From NCBI GenBank assembly GCA_002269645.1, contig NIVC01001967.1:153418-217417 (forward strand): DNA of 64,000 nucleotides, given 5' to 3'. Within the stretch, counting starts at the first letter, position 1. Every line of letters begins with the position of its first letter. Of the stretch, positions 49,050 to 62,000 are shown piece by piece. Source of the DNA: Macrostomum lignano (Eukaryota). Under the pieces are notes generated by a model. The model did no database searches. It saw only the letters and a program-made list of their open reading frames with translations, and was not told where the DNA came from. The position numbers and the translations under genes were made by a program.

Positions 49050-52000
49050 CTTGAAATGGTGGCTATTTTATGTTTGAATTGGTGGCTTTTTAATGTTTGG
49101 CATGGTGACTCTTTAATGTTCTACATGGTGGCTCTTTAATGTTTGACATCGTGCCAGTTTTATGTTTGTCATGGTGGCTCCTTAATGCTAGAAACGGTGG
49201 CTCTTTAATGTTTGACATAGAGTCACATATATGTTTCACATGGTGGCTCTTCTATGTCTAACTTGGTAGCTCTTTTATGTTTGACATCGTGGCTCGTTAA
49301 TGTTCGACATGGTGGCTCTTTAACGTTCGACATGGTGGCTCTTTAATGTTCGACATGGTGGCTCTTTACTGTTCGACATGGTGGCTCTTTATTGTTTGAC
49401 ATGATGGCTCTTTAATGTTTGACATTGTGGCTCTTTAATGTTCTACATATTGTGGCTCTTTAATGTTCGACATGGTGGCTCTTTAATGTTCTACATTGTG
49501 GCTCTTTATTGTTTGAAACGATGGCTTTTTATTGTTTGACATCATGGCTCTTTAATGTTCTACATTGTGGCTCTTTAATGTTCTATAATGTTTGACATGG
49601 AGTCATGTATGTTTTTGGCATGGAGTCACGTATATGCTTTACATGGTGACTCTTTAATGTTCTACATTGTGGCTCTTTAATGTTCTATAATGTTTGACAT
49701 GGAGTCATGTATGTTTTTGGCATGGAGTCACGTATATGCTTTACATGGTGACTCTTTAATGTTCGACATGGTGGCTCTTTAATGTTTGACATGGAGTCAC
49801 GTATATGTTTGACATGTAGTCACGTATATGTTTGACATGGTGGCTCTTTAATGTTTGACATAGTGGCTCTTTTATGCTTGAAATGGTGGCTCTTTAATGT
49901 TCAACATGGTGGTTCTTTAATGTGTGACATGGTGGCTCTTTAATGTTTGACATGGAGTCATGTATGTTTTTGGCATGGAGTCACGTATATGCTTCACATG
50001 GTGACTGTTTAATGTTCGACATGGTGGCTCTTTAATGTTTGACATGGAGTCACGTATATGTTTGACATGTAGTCACGTATATGTTTGACATGGTGGCTCT
50101 TTAATGTTTGACATAGTGGCTATTTTATGCTTGAAATGGTGGCTCTTTAATTTTCGACATGGTGGCTCTTTTATGTTTAACATGTTGCTCTTAAATGTTC
50201 GACATCGTGGCTCTTTAATGTTTGACATGGTGGCTCTTTAATGTTTCACATGGAGTCACGTATGTGTTTGACATGGAGTCACGTATATGCTTTACATGGT
50301 GGCTCTTTTATGTTTGACATAGTGGCTCTTTATTGTTTGACATGGTGGCTCTTTTATGTTCGACATGATGGCTCCTTAATGTTCGACATGGTGGCTGTTT
50401 AATGTTTGTTATGTAGTCATATGTATATGTTTTACATGGTGGCTCTTTAATGTTAGACAGGGAGTCACGTATATGTTTGACATGTAGTCACGTATATGTT
50501 TGACATGGTGGCTCTTTAATGATCTACATGGTGGCTCTTTAATGTTTGACATGGTGGCTCTTTAATGTTCGACATGGTGGCTCTTTAATGTTTGACATGG
50601 TGGCTCTTTAATGCTTGACATGGTTGCTCTTTAATGTTCGACATGGAGTCACGAATATACTTGACATGGTGACTCGTTAATGTTTGACATGGTGGCTCTT
50701 TAATGTTTGACCTGGTGGCACCTTAATGTAATGATGGCTCTTTAATGTTTGAAATGGTGGCTCTTTAATATTTGACATGGTGGCTCTTTAATGTTAGACA
50801 TGGTGGCTCTTTAATCTTCGACATGGTGGCTCTTTAATTTTTGAAATGGTGGTCCTTTAATGCATGACATGGTGCCTCTTTAATGTTTGACGTGTTGGCT
50901 CTTTTATGTTTGACATGAAGGCTCTTTAATGTTCTACATGGTGGCTTTTTTATTTTCGACATGGTGGCTCTTATATGTTTGGCATGATGGCTCTTTGATG
51001 TTTGACATGGAGTCACGAATATACTTGACATGGTGACTGGTTAATGTTAGACATGGTGGCTCTTTAATGTTTGACCTGGTGGCACCTTAATGTCTGTAAT
51101 GATGGCTTTTTAATGTTTGAAATGGTGGCTCTTTTATGTTTGACATGGTGGCTCTTTTATGTTCGACATGGTGGCTCTTTGATGTTCGACATGGTGGCTC
51201 TTTAATGTTCAACATGGTGGCTCTTTATTGTTCGACATGGTGGCTCTTTAATGTTTGACATGGTGGCTCTTTAATGTTAGACATGGTGGCTCTTTAATGT
51301 TTGACATGAAGTCACATATATGTTGGACATGGTGGCTCTTTAATGTTTGACATGGTGGCTCTTTAATGTTCGACATGGTGGCTCTTTAATGTTAGACATG
51401 GTGGCTCTTTAATATTCGACATGGTGGCTCTTTAATGTTAGACATGGTTGCTCTTTAATGTTCGACATGATGGCTCTTTAATGTTTGACATGGTGGCTCT
51501 TTAATGTTTGACATGGTGGCTCTTTAATGTTCGACATGATGGCTCTTTAATGTTTGAAATGGTGGCTCTTTAATGTTAGACATGGTGGCTCCTTAATGTT
51601 AGACATGGTGGCTCTTTAATGTTAGACATGGTGACTCTTTAATGTTTGACATGAAGTCACATATATGTTGGACATGGTGGCTCTTTAATGTTAGACATGG
51701 TGGCTCTTTAATGTTCGACATGGTGGCTCTTTAATGTTAGACATGGTGGCTCTTTAATATTCGACATGGTGGCTCTTTAATGTTAGACATGGTGGCTCTT
51801 TAATGTTCGACATGATGGCTCTTTAATGTTTGACATGGTGGCTCTTTAATGTTTGACATGGTGGCTCTTTAATGTTCGACATGGTGGCTCTTTAATGTTC
51901 GACATGATGGCTCTTTAATGTTAGACATGGTGGCTCTTTAATGTTCGACATGGTGGCTCTTTAATGTTCTACATGGTGGCTCTTTAATGTTCGACATGGT

Positions 52001-52050
52001 GGCTCTTTAATGTTCGATATGGTGGCTCTTTAATGTTTGACATTGTGCTT
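49050..52050. repeat. 23-bp minisatellite GACATGGTGGCTCTTTAATGTTT (H7)
   Basis: Tandem array with interspersed variant units GACATGGAGTCACGTATATGTTT. Confidence 0.95.
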
Positions 52051-52110
52051 TTTTGTGTTTAGCATTTTGTGTTTTTAAGGTTTTTGAATAAAAAAATCTT
52101 TTTGCACAGC

Positions 52111-52170
52111 TAAGATTCGAACCCAGGTCGCTGCATTAGCAGTCCAGTCTGTTCGCATCTATGCTATCTC
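52111..52170 (-). promoter_or_regulatory. tRNA-Ser(GCT)-derived cassette (H7)
   Basis: Reverse complement reads GAGATAGCATAGATGCGAACAGACTGGACTGCTAATGCAGCGACCTGGGTTCGAATCTTA, with a T7 run about 14 nt downstream. Confidence 0.75.
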
Positions 52171-52653
52171 TTGTCAATTGGAGTACATGAATTGTGGCCC
52201 TTATAATTAAATTCTTATAGCAAATCGGTTAGAGTAAAAAGTTATGACATAATCAATTTCTCAGTCAGCCAGTATCAGTCTCAATTCAAGTTAGCAATAT
52301 GGTTACGCAATTACAATCAAGTCTTGTGTGCATTTCTTCGGCACTGTTTTGAACTTGTTGTGATGCAATCATTACCACAATCAGAATTCAGCCAGTCAGT
52401 TTTTTCTCTAGCATTCTTAAAATGCATTTTAAGTCGAAAATTTTGCTTGACCTTTGCAAAAAAGCATGTTTTTCGAATATTTAATCCCTTTAGCATTTAG
52501 CAATTTCTTAGCCAAGATGCATGTACTGTGCCAGGAAAATTTCTGAATGAATGGTGCAAGTTTGAAGAAAATCGGTTGAGCCAATTTTTCTGAAATCTAT
52601 CGCATACCTACCCACATACATACATACAGACAACTCATTTTTAGTATATAGGA

Positions 52654-55600
52654 CTAGCAATCTTCGCCCCCCTTTGGGGGACATCTGTATAGAACCTCTG
52701 TTCTCTACAAGTAACAAAAAGATAGCCAAAAAAGGCCTTCACAAAGAAAACAGACAAAATACTCAAAGGAAGTGCAATGCAAAAAGAAATCATCCCAAGA
52801 AAGCAAGCATCCCCCAGATAGCAAGCATCCCCCAGATAGCAAGCATCCCCCAGATAGCAAGCATCCCCCAGATAGCAAGCATCCCCTACATAGATAGCAT
52901 CCCCAAATAGCAAGCATCCACCAGACAATAAGTAGCTAGTGCGACAATTTCCTTAGCATTATAGTGGCTCCTTTAAAATTCGCTTACTTTTATGTTTGAA
53001 ATTGTGTAAATTTTATGTTTGACATGGTGGCTGTTTTATGTTCTACATGGCAACTGTTTTATGTTTGAAACGATGGCTTTTTAATGTCAGACATGGTGGC
53101 TCTTTTATGTTTAACATGGTGGCTCTTTTATGTTTGACATGGTGGCTCTTTAATGTTTAACCTGGTGGCTCTTTTATGTTTGAAACAGTGGCTCTTTTAT
53201 GTTTGACACAGTGGCTCTTTAATGTTCGACAAAGTGGCTATTTAATGTTTCAAAAGGAGGCTTTTAAATGTTTGACATGGTGGCTCCTTAATGTTCGAAA
53301 TGGTGGCTCTTTAATGTTTGACATAAAGACACATATATAATTGACATGGTGGCTCTTAAATGTTCGAAATGGTGGCTCTTTAATGTTCGAGAAAGTGGCT
53401 CTTTAATGTTTTTCATGGTGGCTCTTTTATGTTTGACATGGTGGCTCTTTTATGTTTGACATGGTGGCTCTTTTATGTTTGACATGGTGGCTCTTTTAGG
53501 TTTGACATGGTGGCTCTTAAATGTTTGACATGGTGGCTCCTTAATGTTTTACATGGTGGCTCTTAAATGTTTGACATGGTAGCTCTTTAATATTCTACAT
53601 TGTGGCTCTTAAGTGTTCGAAATGGTGGATCTTTTAGGTTTGACATGATGGCTGTTTAATGTTCAACATAGTGGCTCTTTAATATTCTACATGGTGGCTC
53701 TTTTATGTTTAACATGGTGGCTCTTTAATGTTTGACATGGTGGCTCTTTAATGTTTGACATAAAGTCACTTATATGTTCGAAATGGTGGCTCTTTAATAT
53801 TTTACATTGTGGCTCTTAAATGTTCGACATGGTGGCTCTTTTAGGTTTGACATGATGGCTCTGTTAGGTTTAACATGATGGCTCTTTTAGGTTTAACATG
53901 GTGGCTCTTTTAGGTTTAACATGGTGGCTCTTTTAGGTTTAACATGGTGGCTCTTTTAGGTTTAACATGGTGGCTCTTAAATGTTCGACATGGTGGCTCT
54001 TTAATATTCTTCATGTTATAGCTCTTTCATGTTTGACATGGTGGCTCTTTAATGTTCGAAATGGTGGCTCTTTAATGTTCGAAAAGGTGGCTCTTTAATG
54101 TTTGACACAAAGTCACATATATGTTTGACATGGTGGCTCTTAAATGTTTGACATGGTGGCTCTTTATGTTTGACATGTTGGCTGTTTTATGTTTGACATG
54201 TTGGCTCTTTTATGTTTGACATGATGGCTCTTTTAGGTTTGACATGGTGGCTCTTTTATGCTTGATATGGTGGCTCTTTAATGTTTAGCATGGTGACTTT
54301 TAATGTTTGACATGGTGGCTCTTTTATGTTTGACATGGTGGCTCTTTAATGTTCGCCATGGTGGCTCTTTAATGTTCGCCATGGTGGCTCTTTAGTGTTT
54401 GACATGGTGGCTCTTTAATGTTCGACATGGTGGCTCTTTAATGTTTGACATGGTGGCACTTTTATGTTTGACATGGTGGCTTTTTAATGTTCGCCATGGT
54501 GGCTCTTTAAAGTTTGACATGGTGGCACTTTTATGTTTGACATGGAGTCACGTATACGTTTGACATAGTGTCTCTTCAATGTTTGACATGGTGGCTATTT
54601 TGTGTTCGACATGATAGCTCTTTAATGTTTGACATGGTAGCTCTTTAATGTTCGACATGGTAGCTTTTTAATGTTTGACATGTTGGCTCTTTTATGTTTG
54701 ACATGATGGCTCTTTTAGGTTTGACATGGTGCCTCTTTTATGCTTGATATGGTGGCTCTTTAATGTTTAGCATGGTGACTTTTAATGTTTGACATGGTGG
54801 CTCTTTAATGTTCGCCATGGTGGCTCTTTAATGTTCGCCATGGTGGCTCTTTAATGTTTGACATGGTGGCTCTTTAATGTTTGACATGGTAGCTCTTTAA
54901 TGTTCGACATGGTAGCTTTTTAATGTTTGACATGGTGGCTCTTTTATGTTCGACATGGTAGCTTTTTAATGTTTGACATGGTGGCTCTTTTATGTTTGAC
55001 ATGGTGGCTCTTTACTGTGTGAAATAGTGGCTCTTTAATGTTCTACACGGTAACTCTTTTATGTTTGATACGGTGGCTTTTTAATGTCTGACATGGTGGC
55101 TCTTTAATGTTTAACCTGGTGGCTCTTTTATGTTTGACACGGCGGCTCTCTAGTGTTTGACAAAGTGGCTATTTAATGTTCGAAATGGTGGCTCTTTAAA
55201 GTTTGACATAAAGTCACATATATGTTTGAGATGGTGGCTCTTAAATGTTTGACATGGTGGCTCTTAAATGTTTGACATGGTGGCTCTTTAATGTTCTTCA
55301 TGGTGGCTCTTTAATATTCTACATGGTGGCTCTTTTATGTTTGACATGGTGGCTTTTTAATGTTTGACATGGTGGCTCTTTTATGTTTGACATGGTGGCT
55401 CTTTACTGTTTGAAATGGTGGCTCTTTAATGTTCTACATGGTAACTCTTTTATGTTTGATACGGTGGCTTTTTAATGTCTGACATGGTGGCTCTTTTATG
55501 TTTGACATTGTGGCTCTTTAATGTTCTTCATGGTGGCTCTTTAATGTTCTTCATGGTGGCTCTTTAATATTCTACATGTTGGCTCTTTTATGTTTTGACA

Positions 55601-56715
55601 TGGTGGCTGTTTTTTGTTCTACATGGTAACTCTTTTATGTTTGATACGGTGGCTTTTTAATGTCTGACATGGTGGCTCTTCTATGTTTAACATGGTGGCT
55701 CTTCTATGTTTGACACGGTGGCTCTTTAATTTTCGACAAAGTGGCTATTTGATGTTCGAAATGGTGGCTCTTTAAAGTTTGACATAAAGTCACATATATG
55801 TTTGACATGGTGGCTCTTAAATGTTTGACATGGTGGCTCTTAAATGTTTGACATGGGGGCTCTTAAATGTTTGACATGGTGGCTCTTAAATGTTTGACAT
55901 GGTGGCTCTTAAATGTTAGACGTGGTGGCTTGTTTAGGTTTGACATAGTGGCTCTTCTATGTTTGAAATGGTGGCTTTTTAATCGTTGACATGGAGTCAC
56001 GTATATGTTTGACATAGTGCTTATTTTATGTTTTACATGGTAACTCTTTTATATTCGAAATGTTGGCTCTATAATGTTCGACATGGTGGCTCTTCGTTGT
56101 TTGACATTGCGCTTCTATTATGTTTAGCAGTTTTGTTGTGTTTTTAAGGTGTTTTGATAAAAAAAATCTTTTTGCACTACTAAGATTCGAACCCAGGTCG
56201 CTACATTAGCATTCCAGTCTGTTCGCATCTTGGCTATATCTTTCCAATTGGAGAACGTGAATTGTGGCCCTTATAATTCAATTCTTACAGCAAGTCAATT
56301 GAAGTAAAAAGTTATGACATAATCAATTTCTCAGTCAGCCAGTATCAGTCTCAATTTGAGTTAGTAATATTGGTTACGCAATTTAAATCAAGTCGTGTGT
56401 GCATTTCTTCGGCACTGTTTTCAACTTGTTGTGATGTAATCTTTATCACAATCGGAATTCAGCCAGTCAGTTTTTTCTCTAGCATTCTTACAATGAATTT
56501 TAGGTCGAAAGAGCTGCTTGACCTTTGCAAAAAGCAGGTTTTTCGAATATTTAATCCCTTTAACATTGAGCAATTTCTTAGCCAAGATGCATGTACCGTC
56601 CCAGGAAAATTTCTGATCAAATGGTGCAGGTTTGAAGAAAATCGGTTGAGCCATTTTTTCTGAAATCTATCGCATACCTACCCACATACAGACAACTCAT
56701 TTTTAGTATATAGGA
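52654..56715 (-). mobile_element. non-autonomous Helitron H8, H7 family
   Basis: Same architecture as H7: TC start at 56715, tRNA-like cassette 56181-56240, 23-bp array 53010-56110, 18-bp array 52800-52925, CTAG at 52654-52657. Confidence 0.88.
56181..56240 (-). promoter_or_regulatory. tRNA-Ser(GCT)-derived cassette (H8)
   Basis: Homolog of 52111-52170 with B box GGTTCGAATC intact. Confidence 0.7.
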
Positions 56716-56859
56716 CTAGCAATCTTCGCCCCCCGTTGGGGGACATCTGTATAGAATCTCTGTTCTCTACAAGTAACAAAAAGATAGCCAAAAAAGCCTT
56801 CACAAAGAAAACAGACAAAATACTCAAAGGAAGTGCAATGCAGAAAGAAATCATCCCAA

Positions 56860-57790
56860 GACAGCAAGCATCCCCCAGATAGCAAGCATCCTCTAGATTG
56901 CAAGCAACCCTTGGATAGCAAGCATCCCCCAGATAGCAAGCATCCCCCAGATAGCAAGCATCCCCTAGATAGCAACCATCCCCCAGATAGCAAGCATCCT
57001 CCAGATAGCAAGCATCCCCCAGATAGCAAGCATCCCCCAGACAGCAAGCATCCCCCAGATAGCAAGCATCCCCCAGATAGCAAGCATCCCCCAGATAGCA
57101 AGCATCCTCTAGATTGCAAGCAACCCTTGGATAGCAAGCATCCCCCAGATAGCAAGCATCCCCCAGATAGCAAGCATCCCCTAGATAGCAACCATCCCCC
57201 AGATAGCAAGCATCCTCCAGATAGCAAGCATCCCCCAGATAGCAAGCATCCCCCAGACAGCAAGCATCCCCCAGACAGCAAGCATCCCCCAGATAGCAAG
57301 CATCCCCCAGATAGCAAGCATCCCCTAGATAGCAACCATCCCCCAGATAGCAAGCATCCTCCAGATAGCAAGCATCCCCCAGATAGCAAGCATCCCCCAG
57401 ACAGCAAGCATCCCCCAGATAGCAAGCATCCCCCAGATAGCAAGCATCCCCCAGATAGCAAGCATCCTCCAGATAGCAAGCATCCCCCAGATAGCAAGCA
57501 TCCCCCAGATAGCAAGCATCCCCCAGATAGCAAGCATCCCCCAGATAGCAAGCATCCCCAAGATAGCAAGCATCCCCCACATAGCAAGCATCCCTCAGAT
57601 AGCAAGCATCCCCCAGATAGCAAGCATCCCCCAGATAGCAAGCATCCCCCAGATAGCAGGCATCCCTCAGATAGCAAGCATCCCCCAGATAGCAAGCATC
57701 CCCCAGATAGCAAGCATCCCCCAGATAGCAAGCATCCCCCAGATAGCAAGCATCCACCAGATAGATGGCATCCCCAAATAGCAAGCATCC
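56860..57790. repeat. 18-bp minisatellite GATAGCAAGCATCCCCCA (~50 units)
   Basis: Near-perfect units that translate as DSKHPP, with a 216-bp higher-order repeat. Confidence 0.95.
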
Positions 57791-59039
57791 ACCAGACAAT
57801 AGGTAGCTAGTGCGACAATTTCCTAAGCATTATAGTGGCTCCTTTAAAATTCGCTTACTTTTACGTTTGAAATTGTGTAAATTTTATGTTTGACATGGTG
57901 GCTCTTTTATGTTCTACATGGCAACTCTTTTATGTTTGAAACAATGGCTTTTTAATGTCTGACATGGTGGCTCTTTAATGTTTTTCATGGTGGCTGTTTT
58001 ATGTTTGACATGGTGGCTCTTTATTGTTTGACATTGTGGCTCTTTAATGTTTGACACAGTGGCTCTTTAATGTTCGACAAAGTGGCTATTTAATGTTTGA
58101 CAAGGTGGCTTTTAAATGTTTGACATGGTGGCTCTTTAATGTTTGACATAAAGACACATATATAATTGACATGGTGGCTCTTAAATGTTTGACATGGTGG
58201 CTCTTTAATGTTTGACATGGTGGCTCTGTAATGTTCTAAATGGTGGCTCTTTAATGTTTGACATGGTAGCTCTTTTATGTTCGACATGGTGGCTCTTTTT
58301 GGTTTGACATGGTGGCTCTTTTAGGTTTGACATGGTGGCTCTTAAATGTTCGACATGGTGGCTCTTAAATATTTGACATGGTGGCTCTTTTAGGTTTGAC
58401 ATGGTGGCTCTTAAATGTTCGACATGGTGGCTCTTAAATATTTGACATAGTGGCTCTTAAATATTTGACATGGTGGCAATAGACAATAGAAAAACTGCTC
58501 AAATGAAGCGCAATGCAAAAAGAAAACATCCCAAGACAGCAAACATCCCCCCTCCTCCCAGATAGCAAGCATCCCCAGATAGCAAGCACCCCCAGATAGC
58601 AAGCACCCCCAGATAGCAAGCACCCCCAGATAGTAAGCACCCCCAGATAGCAAGCACCCCCAGATAGCAAGCACCCCAGATAGCAAGCACCCCCAGATAG
58701 CAAGCACCCCCAGATAGCAAGCACCCCCAGATAGCAAGCACCCCCAGATAGCAAGCACCCCCAGATAGCAAGCACCCCCAGATAGCAAGCACCCCCAGAT
58801 AGCAAGCACCCCCAGATAGCAAGCACCCCCAGATAGCAAGCATCCCTCAGATAGCAAGCACCCCAGATAGAAAGAACCCCCAGATAGCAAGCGTCCAATT
58901 GATAGCAAGTATCTATCCTTAAATAGCAAGCATCCACCAGACAAAAAGTATATAGTGCAACATTTCCTTTTAGCTTTCTAGGGGCTCCTTTATGATTGGC
59001 ATGACGCTTCTTATTACGTTTGAAAATGTCTCTCCTGTG

Positions 59040-62000
59040 CTTGAAATGGTGGCTATTTTATGTTTGAATTGGTGGCTTTTTAATGTTTGGCATGGTGACT
59101 CTTTAATGTTCTACATGGTGGCTCTTTAATGTTTGACATCGTGCCAGTTTTATGTTTGTCATGGTGGCTCCTTAATGCTAGAAACGGTGGCTCTTTATTG
59201 TTTGACATAGAGTCACATATATGTTTCACATGGTGGCTCTTCTATGTCTAACTTGGTAGCTCTTTTATGTTTGACATCGTGGCTCGTTAATGTTCGACAT
59301 GGTGGCTCTTTAACGTTCGACATGGTGGCTCTTTAATGTTCGACATGGTGGCTCTTTACTGTTCGACATGGTGGCTCTTTATTGTTTGACATGATGGCTC
59401 TTTAATGTTTGACATTGTGGCTCTTTAATGTTCTACATATTGTGGCTCTTTAATGTTCGACATGGTGGCTCTTTAATGTTCTACATTGTGGCTCTTTATT
59501 GTTTGAAACGATGGCTTTTTATTGTTTGACATCATGGCTCTTTAATGTTCTACATTGTGGCTCTTTAATGTTCTATAATGTTTGACATGGAGTCATGTAT
59601 GTTTTTGGCATGGAGTCACGTATATGCTTTACATGGTGACTCTTTAATGTTCTACATTGTGGCTCTTTAATGTTCTATAATGTTTGACATGGAGTCATGT
59701 ATGTTTTTGGCATGGAGTCACGTATATGCTTTACATGGTGACTCTTTAATGTTCGACATGGTGGCTCTTTAATGTTTGACATGGAGTCACGTATATGTTT
59801 GACATGTAGTCACGTATATGTTTGACATGGTGGCTCTTTAATGTTTGACATAGTGGCTCTTTTATGCTTGAAATGGTGGCTCTTTAATGTTCAACATGGT
59901 GGTTCTTTAATGTGTGACATGGTGGCTCTTTAATGTTTGACATGGAGTCATGTATGTTTTTGGCATGGAGTCACGTATATGCTTCACATGGTGACTGTTT
60001 AATGTTCGACATGGTGGCTCTTTAATGTTTGACATGGAGTCACGTATATGTTTGACATGTAGTCACGTATATGTTTGACATGGTGGCTCTTTAATGTTTG
60101 ACATAGTGGCTATTTTATGCTTGAAATGGTGGCTCTTTAATTTTCGACATGGTGCTCTTTTATGTTTAACATGTTGCTCTTAAATGTTCGACATCGTGGC
60201 TCTTTAATGTTTGACATGGTGGCTCTTTAATGTTTCACATGGAGTCACGTATGTGTTTGACATGGAGTCACGTATATGCTTTACATGGTGGCTCTTTTAT
60301 GTTTGACATAGTGGCTCTTTATTGTTTGACATGGTGGCTCTTTTATGTTCGACATGATGGCTCCTTAATGTTCGACATGGTGGCTGTTTAATGTTTGTTA
60401 TGTAGTCATATGTATATGTTTTACATGGTGGCTCTTTAATGTTAGACAGGGAGTCACGTATATGTTTGACATGTAGTCACGTATATGTTTGACATGGTGG
60501 CTCTTTAATGATCTACATGGTGGCTCTTTAATGTTTGACATGGTGGCTCTTTAATGTTCGACATGGTGGCTCTTTAATGTTTGACATGGTGGCTCTTTAA
60601 TGCTTGACATGGTTGCTCTTTAATGTTCGACATGGAGTCACGAATATACTTGACATGGTGACTCGTTAATGTTTGACATGGTGGCTCTTTAATGTTTGAC
60701 CTGGTGGCACCTTAATGTAATGATGGCTCTTTAATGTTTGAAATGGTGGCTCTTTAATATTTGACATGGTGGCTCTTTAATGTTAGACATGGTGGCTCTT
60801 TAATCTTCGACATGGTGGCTCTTTAATTTTTGAAATGGTGGTCCTTTAATGCATGACATGGTGCCTCTTTAATGTTTGACGTGTTGGCTCTTTTATGTTT
60901 GACATGAAGGCTCTTTAATGTTCTACATGGTGGCTTTTTTATTTTCGACATGGTGGCTCTTATATGTTTGGCATGATGGCTCTTTGATGTTTGACATGGA
61001 GTCACGAATATACTTGACATGGTGACTGGTTAATGTTAGACATGGTGGCTCTTTAATGTTTGACCTGGTGGCACCTTAATGTCTGTAATGATGGCTTTTT
61101 AATGTTTGAAATGGTGGCTCTTTTATGTTTGACATGGTGGCTCTTTTATGTTCGACATGGTGGCTCTTTGATGTTCGACATGGTGGCTCTTTAATGTTCA
61201 ACATGGTGGCTCTTTTAATGTTCGACATGGTGGCTCTTTAATGTTTGACATGGTGGCTCTTTAATGTTAGACATGGTGGCTCTTTAATGTTTGACATGAA
61301 GTCACATATATGTTGGACATGGTGGCTCTTTAATGTTTGACATGGTGGCTCTTTAATGTTCGACATGGTGGCTCTTTAATGTTAGACATGGTGGCTCTTT
61401 AATATTCGACATGGTGGCTCTTTAATGTTAGACATGGTTGCTCTTTAATGTTCGACATGATGGCTCTTTAATGTTTGACATGGTGGCTCTTTAATGTTTG
61501 ACATGGTGGCTCTTTAATGTTCGACATGATGGCTCTTTAATGTTTGAAATGGTGGCTCTTTAATGTTAGACATGGTGGCTCCTTAATGTTAGACATGGTG
61601 GCTCTTTAATGTTAGACATGGTGACTCTTTAATGTTAGACATGGTGGCTCTTTAATGTTTGACATGAAGTCACATATATGTTGGACATGGTGGCTCTTTA
61701 ATGTTAGACATGGTGGCTCTTTAATGTTCGACATGGTGGCTCTTTAATGTTAGACATGGTGGCTCTTTAATATTCGACATGGTGGCTCTTTAATGTTAGA
61801 CATGGTGGCTCTTTAATGTTCGACATGATGGCTCTTTAATGTTTGACATGGTGGCTCTTTAATGTTTGACACAAAGTCACATATATGTTTGACATGGTGG
61901 CTCTTAAATGTTTGACATGGTGGCTCTTTATGTTTGACATGTTGGCTGTTTTATGTTTGACATGTTGGCTCTTTTATGTTTGACATGATGGCTCTTTTAG

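Larger units (their letters stand above)
48437..52653 (-). mobile_element. non-autonomous Helitron H7 (23-bp array f and 17/18-bp array)
   Basis: TCCTATATAC start at 52653, core, tRNA-like cassette 52111-52170, arrays at 49050-52050 and 48590-48950, hairpin and CTAG at 48437-48440. Confidence 0.88.

Noticed and set aside
56678-57810. 373/361/325-aa ORFs (GDACYL, GGCLLS, DSKHPP repeats) as Cys-rich or repetitive proteins
   Set aside because: They are three frames of the same 18-bp tandem unit.
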